Shown: positions 36,259-45,706, counted from the first letter of the stretch. The stretch is DNA of 64,000 bases from Candidatus Moraniibacteriota bacterium (GCA_046116545.1 CP175956.1:513734-577733); one strand, 5' to 3'. Program-made: numbers and translations. The notes: a model not told the origin generated them from the sequence alone.

Positions 36259-37461
36259 ATGAATAAAAAGTTTATTTCAACAGTTGGATTTGGCTGTATT
36301 GCAGTTGTGGCACTTGCTGGATGTGGGTGTAGTAAAGATAAAAAAGAGATAGCTCCAGTCGAGGAGGAAAAAGAAATGGTAGGACTTATACCGTATGAAG
36401 AACCAGAAAATGCTAGTGTCATAACTGGACTTGCTTGTGATAATAATGATAAGCGAGCTTTTTCTATAATGTATAGTGGTAGCATTGATGCTCGACCTTA
36501 TTGGAAAAATCTTGATAAGGCAGACATGGTTTTGGAGATGCCACATAGGATGCATAATGAGCCAAGATTGATGGGAACATTTCAATGTGAAACTCCTGAT
36601 GAAATAGGGCCGATGCGTAGTGGACGAGTTGATCATATGGCTGTAGCTGATTCACTTGGAGCTGTATTTGTAACATGGGGAAAGTCAATTGTAGCAGCAG
36701 CAGCAATGAACAAAGAACTTGCTGATAATCTAGAAGTTGGAAGTGGTACAACATCAAGTGATGGTACTCGGGCTGGATATATTGATCCAAATATTACATT
36801 TTATAGTGCTAACTCTGCATATGCTGATTTAAATGGGATAATAAAAATGTCGCAAGACAAGGGGTATGGTGGAGAAAATTTAACAGAGGGATTTAAACAT
36901 CAGGGTGAAATTGCAAGAGAAAATCGGCCAGAGCATGGAACGGTAGATGTAAAATTTGACACTAGTCAGCATCGTATTAAATATGAATATGATCCAGAGA
37001 CAAATTCATACAAAAGATTTCATAAGGGTGAGCCGAGTATAGATTATGCAAGTGGTGAACAATATGCACCAAAAAATATTATAGGAATTGTAGCCAAAAG
37101 AGATAGTTGGTTAGCAGAAAAAGATTATGTTGTGGATGGGTTATTGGATCCGTGGAGTGGAGTGCCTGAAGAAAAAATAGAGAGTAACCAATATCCAAAT
37201 ATGCAATTGGGAGATCCATGGTTTGATACTGTATTTGAAGGAGAGGCTGAATTTTATTTCAATGGACAAGAAATAGATGGTACGTGGAAAAGAGAAAAAG
37301 GAACTAACAAAACATTTGCATTTTATGATGAGAGTGGACAAGAAGTTCATTTTGTACCAGGACAAATTTGGATGCACGTTTTGCCACATGGTCAAAAAAT
37401 CAGTTATGAAGATGCAGAAGAATATCAAGATCGATTGGAGGATGAAAAAACTTTGCAGTAA
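36259..37461 (+). CDS. DUF3048 (YerB-like) family lipoprotein
   Basis: 400 aa. Lipobox LAGCGC. ...DARPYWKNLDKADMVLEMPH...EIGPMRSGRVDHMAV...VTWGKS matches the DUF3048 pattern (…ARPQsGL.kADiVyE……iGPvRSaR…hvGGs). Confidence 0.55.
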   Translation: MNKKFISTVGFGCIAVVALAGCGCSKDKKEIAPVEEEKEMVGLIPYEEPENASVITGLACDNNDKRAFSIMYSGSIDARPYWKNLDKADMVLEMPHRMHNEPRLMGTFQCETPDEIGPMRSGRVDHMAVADSLGAVFVTWGKSIVAAAAMNKELADNLEVGSGTTSSDGTRAGYIDPNITFYSANSAYADLNGIIKMSQDKGYGGENLTEGFKHQGEIARENRPEHGTVDVKFDTSQHRIKYEYDPETNSYKRFHKGEPSIDYASGEQYAPKNIIGIVAKRDSWLAEKDYVVDGLLDPWSGVPEEKIESNQYPNMQLGDPWFDTVFEGEAEFYFNGQEIDGTWKREKGTNKTFAFYDESGQEVHFVPGQIWMHVLPHGQKISYEDAEEYQDRLEDEKTLQ

Positions 37462-37483
37462 ATCAATTGTGATTTTTGCATGA

Positions 37484-37523
37484 AAAAGGTCCAACCTAAG
37501 GTTAACCCTAGGTTGGACCTTTT
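37484..37523 (+). terminator. Rho-independent terminator
   Basis: aaaaggtccaacctaaggttaaccctaggttggacctttt. Confidence 0.7.
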
Positions 37524-37580
37524 GATTGTTGTGATATAATAGAAATATAGCAGATATTCAGAATAATTATAATATTTTTT

Positions 37581-38525
37581 ATGATTTTATTTTTTTATGG
37601 TGAGGAAACTTATCAATCTTCACAAAAAGTAAAACAACTAAAGAAAAATTTTTTTGAAAAAAATCCAAACGGAGATGGTTTGGTTGAATTTGATTGTGAT
37701 GAAGATTGTAATATTGCAAATATTAAGCAGTCTTTTGGTGAGCAAAGCTTATTTGCTACAAAAAAATTAATAATTATACAAAATTTTTTTGCAAATACAA
37801 AAGCACCAGAACAAAAAGATATTATCGAACGACTTGAAAACAATATTGATGATATCATTGTATTTTTTGAAAATGGTAAAGTGAAAAAAAATGCTGTGTT
37901 GTTTAAGTGGTTAAACAATAATGCAGACACTATTAAAGAAAGTAATTTATTGGACGATTATACTCTGGAGGAATGGATTGGTAATCAATTTAAAAAAAAT
38001 GATACAAAAATTGAAAATGATGCGAAAAAAGAATTAATTTTGTTTGTTGGAAATGATTTGTGGAAGTTGTCACAAGAAATCGAGAAATTAATTTGTTATG
38101 TTAATAAAGGAACGGTTAAAATATGTTATGTGCATGAAATTGTAAAAGGAAAAATTGATGCTGATATGTTTGAGATGATAGAGGCAGTTGCATCAGGAAA
38201 TCGTGGAGTAGCATTAAAACTGTTAAATAAGCAGATTGCAGCGGGAGATGATAAATTTCATATCTTTAGTATGTATGCATATCAAGTAAGGACCTTGGTA
38301 AATGTGGGTAGTGCAATGGAGGATGGGTTGCGAGATAAAAGTATGATAGCTAGTAGCGTGAAACTACATCCGTTTGTTGTGCAAAAGTCTATAGGAATGG
38401 TTGATAGATTGTCATATGCAAAAATAAAACAAATGCATAAAATGTTGGTTAAATATGATTTTGATATAAAGTTAGGTAATTGTGATATTGATTCAGCTTT
38501 AGATTTATTTATTGTAAATTCATAA
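37581..38525 (+). CDS. holA: DNA polymerase III delta subunit
   Basis: 314 aa. N-terminal ILFFYGEETY... and overall size and helical C-terminus typical of HolA. Confidence 0.5.
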   Translation: MILFFYGEETYQSSQKVKQLKKNFFEKNPNGDGLVEFDCDEDCNIANIKQSFGEQSLFATKKLIIIQNFFANTKAPEQKDIIERLENNIDDIIVFFENGKVKKNAVLFKWLNNNADTIKESNLLDDYTLEEWIGNQFKKNDTKIENDAKKELILFVGNDLWKLSQEIEKLICYVNKGTVKICYVHEIVKGKIDADMFEMIEAVASGNRGVALKLLNKQIAAGDDKFHIFSMYAYQVRTLVNVGSAMEDGLRDKSMIASSVKLHPFVVQKSIGMVDRLSYAKIKQMHKMLVKYDFDIKLGNCDIDSALDLFIVNS

Positions 38526-38535
38526 TAAAATAATT

Positions 38536-39375
38536 ATGAAGAAGGTAGGTGTAATAATATTAAGTATACTGATTGTAGTGGCAACAATGGGATTAGCCTC
38601 TATGACACGTACACCTAATCATGACAGATCTTGGGAATTAGGTCATGATAAGTTGCCACAAATTCAAATATCCGGAGATAATATTACCATACAAAATATG
38701 CGTGATTTCACATGGAATGTTGATGGTGGGGCAGATGGTAAATATATTACAGATAAATTTAAACTTAGTGAAATGGACAGTGTTGATGTTATAATTTCAC
38801 ATTTTGATGATTTTCATGGACTAGCGCATATTTTCATTACATTTGGTTTTGAAAATGATGAATACATTGTTGTTTCAGTAGAAACTAGACGAGAAGAAAA
38901 TGAAGCTTTTTCACCATGGACTGGTTTATTAAATAAATTTGAACTTATCTATGTTGTCGGAACAGAAAGAGATATAATAGGAACACGTACAAATGTTCGT
39001 GGTGAAAAGGTTTATTTATATAATGTAGATGCTGAACCAAAAACTATACAAAAGTTATTTAAATTAATTGCAGAGGACATCAATGTTATTTATGATACTC
39101 CCAAATTTTATAATACGTTATCATGGAATTGTATAAATGCAATAACTAGAAGAGTGGAAGATGTTGCTGATGTTAATTTTCCAGTTACGTATAAAATGTT
39201 GCTACCAGGATTTGTTGATGAAGTTCTCTATGATATGGAAATAATTAGACAAAAAGGCACATTTGAAGAAATAGAAATGAAAGCAGAAATAGATAATGAT
39301 AGAGTAGATAGGGATAGTGAGGATTTTTCAAATCAAATTCGGACACAATTTAAAACACAGTTATCATCGACATAA
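38536..39375 (+). CDS. DUF4105 (Lnb N-terminal-like) domain membrane-anchored protein
   Basis: 279 aa. ...IQNMRDFTW...SVETRREENEAFSPWTGLLNKFELIYVVGTERDIIGTRTNVRGEKVYLY...PKFYNTLSWNCINAI matches the DUF4105 signature. Confidence 0.55.
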   Translation: MKKVGVIILSILIVVATMGLASMTRTPNHDRSWELGHDKLPQIQISGDNITIQNMRDFTWNVDGGADGKYITDKFKLSEMDSVDVIISHFDDFHGLAHIFITFGFENDEYIVVSVETRREENEAFSPWTGLLNKFELIYVVGTERDIIGTRTNVRGEKVYLYNVDAEPKTIQKLFKLIAEDINVIYDTPKFYNTLSWNCINAITRRVEDVADVNFPVTYKMLLPGFVDEVLYDMEIIRQKGTFEEIEMKAEIDNDRVDRDSEDFSNQIRTQFKTQLSST

Positions 39376-39405
39376 AAAAGTCATTGATGTGTATATTGAT
39401 AAAGG

Positions 39406-39432
39406 AAAAGGCAATATGGCATTGCTTTTTTT
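39406..39432 (+). terminator. Rho-independent terminator
   Basis: gcaat-atggc-attgc + ttttttt. Confidence 0.55.
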
Positions 39433-39507
39433 GTATATTTCTGTAATGATTGTGCAAAAGAGGAAAGAGATGTTCATGAACAATTAAATAGAGGAGAAGG
39501 CTGACTT

Positions 39508-40494
39508 ATGGAAAAGAAAAATATTGAATTACCACCAGTTATATTGGCAAGTGGTACGATGGGTTTTTTTGGTGAGGGTTATCCGTACCATAAATTTATC
39601 CAGCCGTTTGCATGGATTGCAAAAAAGTTATCGATGTTTGTAGTAAAAACAGTAACGGTTGATGCAGTGGTGGGAAATATGCCACTCAAAGACGATAGTT
39701 CACCATCGTCAATGCGACCAGATTGTATCTTTATAGATTTCAAAAGATGGTTGTGTGGTGGCATGCTCAATGCTGTAGGTTTGAGCAATTTTGGGGTAGA
39801 ATATTATCTCAAAAAAGGATTATGGCAAAAATGTAGAAAACCATGGGCACTTTCATTGATGTTGGTGAGAGGGACACGTGAAGAACGTATCGAAGAAGCG
39901 CGGGAATTTGTTGAAATTATGCGCAGATATTTGCATGAATTTAATATATTGCCAATTCTCAAATTAAATATTTCTTGTCCTAATACTTGTCATGATGTTT
40001 CTGGTTTGGTAGGGGAGCAACGAGAGATTTTGAGTATCTTGGCACCTCTGGAGTTAGAGATTGTCGTAAAAGTAAATGCACTTTCAGATATTGAAAGTGT
40101 ACGCAAGATTGCTGAGCATGAAGCTTGTAGTGGTATTTGTGTATCAAATACATTGCCATGGGCTGAGCTACCTGACTGGATTAAATGGGAGGTTTTTCCA
40201 GAATTTACAGAGTCACCACTTAAAAAGTATGGTGGTGGAGGATTTTCAGGAAAACAATTATTGAAATATGTAGTTGTATGGATTGCACGTGCACGGCAGG
40301 CTGGTATCACAAAACCAATTATTGGCGGAGGTGGTATTTTCACACCTTTGGGTGTATGGCAAATGTATCGCGCAGGTGCTAGTGCTATATCAATAGGTTC
40401 ACCACTGTTGTTTAGACCGTGGATGATATTGTTTAATATTCTGACAGCATTTATGTTGTTCAAGTTATTTCCAAAATGGAGGTGTGATTTATGA
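39508..40494 (+). CDS. pyrD: Dihydroorotate dehydrogenase-like flavoenzyme (class 1 type)
   Basis: 328 aa. ...ILASGTMGFFGEG..., ...LNISCPNT... (catalytic Cys motif), C-terminal IGGGGIFTP...AGASAISIGS. Confidence 0.6.
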   Translation: MEKKNIELPPVILASGTMGFFGEGYPYHKFIQPFAWIAKKLSMFVVKTVTVDAVVGNMPLKDDSSPSSMRPDCIFIDFKRWLCGGMLNAVGLSNFGVEYYLKKGLWQKCRKPWALSLMLVRGTREERIEEAREFVEIMRRYLHEFNILPILKLNISCPNTCHDVSGLVGEQREILSILAPLELEIVVKVNALSDIESVRKIAEHEACSGICVSNTLPWAELPDWIKWEVFPEFTESPLKKYGGGGFSGKQLLKYVVVWIARARQAGITKPIIGGGGIFTPLGVWQMYRAGASAISIGSPLLFRPWMILFNILTAFMLFKLFPKWRCDL

Positions 40495-41555
40495 AAGTAT
40501 ATACAAAAGGTGGTTTCACATATGGTGAAATAATTATGCCAAGTAATTTTCATGTACATTGGCGTGAAATCTCACAGTTTTTTTGGACAGTTGGATGGAG
40601 TGCTGTGCAGTTCCGTTATGCATTAGGTATGCTAAATACTAAAAAACCTTTAGCAGACGTAATTGATGCAAATAGTTATTGTATTGAAGCACAAACAGAA
40701 GGGAAATTGGTCAATAAGCAATTTCGACCTTTTGTAGCATTATATTTAACAGATGAAACTACAGTAGAAGATATTGATGCAGCGGTCAAATCAGCATACA
40801 TACTTGCAGCTAAGTTGTATCCTTGTGGAGCAACGACAGGCTCAGATTCTGGTGTGACTAATTTAAAAAAGATGTGGCCAATATTTGCTCGTATGGAGGA
40901 AAAAGATTTACCTTTGTGTTTGCATGGTGAAGTCACTAATCCAAAAGTGGCACTCTGGGATAGAGAACGTGTTTTTGTTGATATGAAATTATCTCTTATC
41001 CACGATGCATTTCCAAAACTTCGTATTATTTTGGAACATGTATCTACAAAAGAAGGTGTGCAGTTTATACAAAGTACACCACCTAATGTGGCTGCAACAG
41101 TTGCACCACAATATATGTTATTTAATTGTAATGATGTATATATGTGGCCAAGTCGCAATTGTTATCCAGTTATCAATTCTCCGACAGATCAAGAATCTGT
41201 AATTTCTTTAGCTGTTAGTGGAAGAAAAGATTGTTTTCTTGGAACAGATGGAGCATCACATGCAGATGAATATAAATTTTGTGATGGGGGTAATGGAGGA
41301 TGTTTAAATGAATTTTATGCAATACCTTTGTATTTAAAAGCATTTGAACACGCTGAATCAGTAAAAAAGTTTAATGATTTTGCGGGTGTGTTTGGTCCAC
41401 AATTTTACAACTTGGAACTCCCAACAGAAATTATGAAAGTATGTCGTACTCCTCATATTGTTGAGAGATGTACGCAGATAAGTTCTGATAAGTTTGGGAC
41501 ACCATTTTTAGCAGGTGAAGTTTTAGATTGGCAAGTGGATGAAATATTGTTATAG
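40491..41555 (+). CDS. pyrC: Dihydroorotase (E. coli-type class II)
   Basis: 354 aa. Co-linear with E. coli PyrC: HVHWRE..., ...LYLTDETT...AAKLYP.GATT.S..GVT..., ...LCLHGEV..., ...ILEHV.TK..., ...FLGTDGASHA..., ...FLAGEVLDWQV. Confidence 0.8.
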   Translation: MKVYTKGGFTYGEIIMPSNFHVHWREISQFFWTVGWSAVQFRYALGMLNTKKPLADVIDANSYCIEAQTEGKLVNKQFRPFVALYLTDETTVEDIDAAVKSAYILAAKLYPCGATTGSDSGVTNLKKMWPIFARMEEKDLPLCLHGEVTNPKVALWDRERVFVDMKLSLIHDAFPKLRIILEHVSTKEGVQFIQSTPPNVAATVAPQYMLFNCNDVYMWPSRNCYPVINSPTDQESVISLAVSGRKDCFLGTDGASHADEYKFCDGGNGGCLNEFYAIPLYLKAFEHAESVKKFNDFAGVFGPQFYNLELPTEIMKVCRTPHIVERCTQISSDKFGTPFLAGEVLDWQVDEILL

Positions 41556-41569
41556 TTCAAAAAAATATT

Positions 41570-41610
41570 TCCCAGGTATCATAAATCATGATACCTGGGA
41601 TTTTTATTTT
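41570..41610. terminator. Bidirectional rho-independent terminator (pyrC / rpsT)
   Basis: tcccaggtatcat-aaat-catgatacctggga + tttttatttt. Confidence 0.7.
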
Positions 41611-41677
41611 GTTATAAATAGAGTGTATGAATGTCACTTTAAAATAAAAACCGCTTTTGAAACCGCTTTTTGTAAGT

Positions 41678-41944
41678 TTATTTTTTTGCAGCTACAACCA
41701 TTTTATTTAGTCGTGATTTCTTGCGTGATGCTGTATTTTTCTTTAGTGCATTTTTTTGAACAGCTTTGTCCAAAGTTTTTTGTGAAAGTTTTAGATACTC
41801 ATCAATTTTTTTTGTATCTTTTTCAGCAACAGCTTTTTCTAGATTTTTGATAGCTGATCGGTAAGCTCCACGAATTTTACGGTTTTTTTCTGTGTTTTTT
41901 AAAGTAACCTTCATGTACTTTTTACCTGCATCTTTGATTGGCAT
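41678..41944 (-). CDS. rpsT: 30S ribosomal protein S20
   Basis: 88-aa basic helical protein. ...AYRSAIKNLEKAV...KNALKKNTASRKKSRL..., S20-like. Confidence 0.8.
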   Translation of the reverse strand: MPIKDAGKKYMKVTLKNTEKNRKIRGAYRSAIKNLEKAVAEKDTKKIDEYLKLSQKTLDKAVQKNALKKNTASRKKSRLNKMVVAAKK

Positions 41945-42163
41945 AATATTTTTAGTAAATTTTAGTAACTAATTGTTACTAGTTGTTAATTAATTGAGCA
42001 TCAATAAAAATTATTATTATAGAACTGAGAAATCCATAATGATAATCGTTTCTCTTTTATATCATATATATTGACTTTTGGCAATGCTTAGATAAGGTGT
42101 TACACTAGTTTGTATAAATGTATTACAGTGCATTTTTTGCAGCTAAATTATAAATGTTAGAAT

Positions 42164-42733
42164 ATGATAGGTTTTTTGAGTGGGAAAATAATAAATAAAG
42201 ATGAAGATAAAATAATAATAAATGTAAATGGTGTTGGATATGTTGTATATTTGACTGAATTAGGCCTTGAGCAGTGTATGGATGGGCAAGATGTTGATAT
42301 AAGTATTTATACGCATGTAAGAGAACAAGAAATCACATTGTATGGATTTTTGCAGGTTGAAGAACAGGAAATTTTTGAACTTCTCATAAGTGTATCGGGC
42401 ATTGGTCCAAAGGCAGGACTGAAAATTCTTGCAGTTGCAGATGTGCAGACAATTATTCTTGCGATTGCAAATGAAGATACTTCAATTTTAACGAAAGTTT
42501 CTGGCATAGGTCCAAAGATTGCAAAGAAGGTTGTGAATGAGCTCTCAGGTAAGGTAGTCGCACCAGTTGGTGCAGCTATAGGTGATGCATTGGCTCAAAG
42601 TGATGCTATTGATGCTCTTAGGTCTATGGGGTACACCGCAGCAGAAGCAAGGAATGCGTTGGATGGATTACCTAAAGATACAACAGATGTTGGTGAATGT
42701 GTTAAGTATGCTCTTAAAAACTTAGGAAAATAA
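42164..42733 (+). CDS. ruvA: Holliday junction DNA helicase RuvA
   Basis: 189 aa. MIGFLSGKI... OB-fold N-terminus, two HhH motifs (GIGPK x2), C-terminal domain III. Confidence 0.85.
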   Translation: MIGFLSGKIINKDEDKIIINVNGVGYVVYLTELGLEQCMDGQDVDISIYTHVREQEITLYGFLQVEEQEIFELLISVSGIGPKAGLKILAVADVQTIILAIANEDTSILTKVSGIGPKIAKKVVNELSGKVVAPVGAAIGDALAQSDAIDALRSMGYTAAEARNALDGLPKDTTDVGECVKYALKNLGK

Positions 42734-42737
42734 TTTT

Positions 42738-43418
42738 ATGAATAATGAAAAGGGAAAATTATATATAGTGGCAACACCAATTGGAAATTTAAGTGATATG
42801 ACTTTTCGTGCTATTGATATTTTGAATAGTGTGGATTTGATTGCATGTGAAGATACCAGAGTTACAAAAAAATTACTTGGACATTATGATATTGAAACAA
42901 AAACAATAACATATCATCAACATACAAAAGACAATAAGGCTCAGGAGATTATTGATGAAATAAATAATGGTAAGAATATTGCAGTTGTAACTGATGCAGG
43001 AACTCCAGGTGTTAGTGATCCGGGTAATAAACTGGTGTCTATTGCGGTTGAAAATGATATTAAAATTGAACCAATTCCAGGTGCATCAGCAATAAGTGCA
43101 ATTATGTCTATTGCTGGAATAGATATGCAGAAATTTACATTTTTAGCTTATCCTCCTCATAAAAAGGGAAGACAGACATTTTTTACTAATGTTTCAGAAA
43201 GTAAAATTCCTGTTATTTATTATGATAGTGTACATCGTGTTTTGAAAAATTTAAATTTATTGCAAGAATTAATGCCTGATGCAAAAATTGTTCTAGGTAG
43301 AGAACTTACAAAAATGCATGAAGAAGTTGTAAGAGGTACTGTTGCGGATGTCATAGAATATTTTGAAAATAATGCAGATAAAATAAGGGGTGAATTTGTT
43401 GTTGTAGTGTATACGTAA
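42738..43418 (+). CDS. rsmI: 16S rRNA (cytidine1402-2'-O)-methyltransferase RsmI
   Basis: 226 aa. LYIVATPIGNLSDMTFRAIDIL...IACEDTR tetrapyrrole-methylase fold. Confidence 0.8.
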   Translation: MNNEKGKLYIVATPIGNLSDMTFRAIDILNSVDLIACEDTRVTKKLLGHYDIETKTITYHQHTKDNKAQEIIDEINNGKNIAVVTDAGTPGVSDPGNKLVSIAVENDIKIEPIPGASAISAIMSIAGIDMQKFTFLAYPPHKKGRQTFFTNVSESKIPVIYYDSVHRVLKNLNLLQELMPDAKIVLGRELTKMHEEVVRGTVADVIEYFENNADKIRGEFVVVVYT

Positions 43419-43702
43419 ATTTGTTAGTTGTTTTAAAGAAAGAGTAAAAAGCATGACAAGAGAGATCTACATTATTTCATTGATGAGTTTTTTGCAATCT
43501 TATGTAAAATGTTAGGATACCATTTCTAACTATTACTTAGTGTAGTGGCGCGGTCTTGTACCCGCCATGTGTATATAATGCGAGGACAGCCACAAGGGCA
43601 TGTCCCTACAAGTGAATCATTGAGTAAGAGTTTATTGAAAAAGGTATTATTATTTATTATTTTTTTTGATAATTGTTTGAGTACTTATTAAGATACCTTA
43701 AT

Positions 43703-43740
43703 AAAAAAACCTCTCATATATGTGAGAGGTTTTAGTTTTG
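43703..43740. terminator. Bidirectional rho-independent terminator
   Basis: aaaaaaacctctcatatatgtgagaggtttt. Confidence 0.65.
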
Positions 43741-43758
43741 TGGTTTTAAATGTTCGTC

Positions 43759-44094
43759 CTATCGGCGTCTTGTGATAATAAGTGCAATGACAGCACCAAC
43801 TAATGCACCAACACCAGCAGCAATTCCAATTGATTTTTCTGGATTATCTTGTACATAAACTCGTGCATTTTCATGAGTTTCTACAGCCTTTGCTTTTGCA
43901 GCTTCAGCAGTATCAGTTACTTTTTGCTTTGCAGCATCGTATTGTACAGTAGCAGCATCTTTAGCAGCGTCATATTTTGCTGTAGCACCTTCTCGTACAT
44001 CTCCATATGCATCTGTTCCTTTTGCCAATAATTCATCAGCTTTTCCTGCAGCATCTGCAGTTGCTTTTGTGATAGGTCCTTTTTTCTTTGCCAT
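43759..44094 (-). CDS. DUF883 (ElaB/YqjD-like) C-tail-anchored membrane protein
   Basis: 111 aa. Helical N-terminus and C-terminal ...QDNPEKSIGIAAGVGALVGAVIALIITRRR, as in ElaB/YqjD. Confidence 0.55.
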   Translation of the reverse strand: MAKKKGPITKATADAAGKADELLAKGTDAYGDVREGATAKYDAAKDAATVQYDAAKQKVTDTAEAAKAKAVETHENARVYVQDNPEKSIGIAAGVGALVGAVIALIITRRR

Positions 44095-44122
44095 AATTAT
44101 TTTTATTAATTATTAATTAAAG

Positions 44123-44494
44123 TTAAATTTGTTTATTTTTTTGTAGTAGTCCAGCTATTAGTGCAATGATAAATACAATAGTACCAATTATCAAAAATCC
44201 AAACCAAGCTCCAAATCCACTAAGTTCTCCTAGCCATAGTGATAGACCAGTTATAGCAAATACAAATCCAATAAGTCCAAGTAAAATTATTGCAAATAAC
44301 ATCACAGCATTTTGAACAATTTGATTTACTGTTTGTTTTGCTTGCTCAAGCGTTTCACTAACTGTATTTTGAATACGTTCAACGATATTTTGTTGAGCTA
44401 TTTGTAAAAAAGAACTTACAATTTCTGAAATTGTGCTCATCAGAGTTGATTCAGCTTGCTCAACAATTTGCTCCTCTTGTTGTATATCTGACAT
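44123..44494 (-). CDS. YqjE-like (holin-X / Phage_holin_3_6-like) small membrane protein
   Basis: 123 aa with two C-terminal TM helices. Operon partner of the DUF883 gene, as in E. coli yqjD-yqjE. Confidence 0.35.
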   Translation of the reverse strand: MSDIQQEEQIVEQAESTLMSTISEIVSSFLQIAQQNIVERIQNTVSETLEQAKQTVNQIVQNAVMLFAIILLGLIGFVFAITGLSLWLGELSGFGAWFGFLIIGTIVFIIALIAGLLQKNKQI

Positions 44495-44601
44495 ATTATT
44501 TTTTTATCATTTATGATGCAAGTATATCATGAAAATATAAAAAATCAATAAAAAAATCAGCGCAACTACAGTTGTAGTTACGCTGATGAAGTTCAAGTAT
44601 A

Positions 44602-44994
44602 CTAATGTGATTGATTTCTGCGCATATTACGTAAGTGCAGAAATGTTTCATTAAACATTGCAAATGTTTCTATCATGAGTCTATTTTTTAAGATTTCATC
44701 ATGATAGTGATTGAATGCACAAATACATCCTTCCAGCGGGAAGTTTGCAAGCTTAAGCATGAAAAATACTGCTTTAGCAGAAACTGTCTTAGATTTAATG
44801 ACGGCTTTTATGATATGCATGTCATCGCGATTGATAGTACCAACAATATCCCAGGTAGTACTTTCTGTAAAAGAGTTTTTTTGCAATTCTTTGCAAAGAT
44901 ATTCTTCATAATCCTTGCCTGAAGTCATTAACACACAAACCTTGCCACAAATATCATAAGCAATCTTGTTTTGCAGTGGAAATTTTGAATTCAT
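44602..44994 (-). CDS. Hypothetical protein, paralog B of a tandem pair
   Basis: ORF-track entry 44602..45117. Start moved to the MNSKFPLQNK Met because the longer version overlaps paralog A by 104 nt. Shares about 30% identity with 45014..45511 (SG.DY...DI......DDh.lI..ilK(S/T)K(S/T)V). Confidence 0.4.
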   Translation of the reverse strand: MNSKFPLQNKIAYDICGKVCVLMTSGKDYEEYLCKELQKNSFTESTTWDIVGTINRDDMHIIKAVIKSKTVSAKAVFFMLKLANFPLEGCICAFNHYHDEILKNRLMIETFAMFNETFLHLRNMRRNQSH

Positions 44995-45013
44995 GACACA
45001 CCTCTGTGTAGTT

Positions 45014-45511
45014 TTATTGTCTGCATAAAGCTTTGCGCAAAATGCGTAACATTTCAGGATCTCCACCGACATTATTGCATAATTCAACGGCATCCATTTG
45101 AAATAAATGTTTTTCAAAGCATTTTGCTAACCCACGTCCTCTGTTAGCATTTTTTGCATAGGCACCGTAAATAAGGTTTTTTATAAACTTAGGATCTGTA
45201 GTGTGTGTTTCACCAGCAACAATGCATAACATTTCTGAAAAACCTATTTTTTCTAAGATGCTAAGTGCTTTTGTTGCAGGAACTGATTTGGTTTTGAGTA
45301 TTGTCATGATGAGTTTGTGGTCATCGGCGCAATAATCAAAAAAATCATCAATATCTGATGTAGTTAAATTCATTACAGAAAGATTTTCTGTTGCCAATGT
45401 AACATAATCATTACCACTCTGTTTTTGTGAAGTGATAACCGTTTTTAACACGTTGATGTTAATAGGTGTATGAGAAGACGTTGTTGTTTGCATAAGTTTT
45501 CCTCCATGCAT
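45014..45511 (-). CDS. Hypothetical protein, paralog A of a tandem pair
   Basis: 165 aa. Divergent from the GGDEF gene at 45707. Confidence 0.4.
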   Translation of the reverse strand: MHGGKLMQTTTSSHTPININVLKTVITSQKQSGNDYVTLATENLSVMNLTTSDIDDFFDYCADDHKLIMTILKTKSVPATKALSILEKIGFSEMLCIVAGETHTTDPKFIKNLIYGAYAKNANRGRGLAKCFEKHLFQMDAVELCNNVGGDPEMLRILRKALCRQ

Positions 45512-45706
45512 TTTTTAAAGTGCTGTGATTGATTTGTCGCATTAATTGCGAACTTATTACTATAGCAAAAAATAGTGATTTTGTCAAGCTTTTATGTAGG
45601 ATTTATGGATATTTGGTATATTGACAGTAGTTAATTGAGGGTGTATGTTAAATAACTGTGATAGTTATTTAAAAGTAATAGTTTTTACAAAGTCTACTGA
45701 GGAGGG

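Noticed and set aside
36207-36790. Three minus-strand ORFs (36207..36485, 36277..36636, 36464..36790) and 37141..37494
   Set aside because: Antisense to the DUF3048 lipoprotein gene, which has a clear lipobox and family signature.
39990-41202. ORFs antisense to or within pyrD/pyrC (39990..40559, 40076..40264, 40676..41158, 41005..41202)
   Set aside because: pyrC is co-linear with E. coli PyrC along its full length. The antisense ORFs reflect locally higher GC.
41640-41680. Direct repeat accgctttt x2 just downstream of rpsT, initially considered as a terminator
   Set aside because: A direct rather than inverted repeat, so it forms no stable hairpin. Termination is better explained by the 41570-41610 hairpin.
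41539-41850. 103-aa plus-strand ORF overlapping rpsT
   Set aside because: Antisense to a clear S20 gene, and it spans the terminator hairpin.
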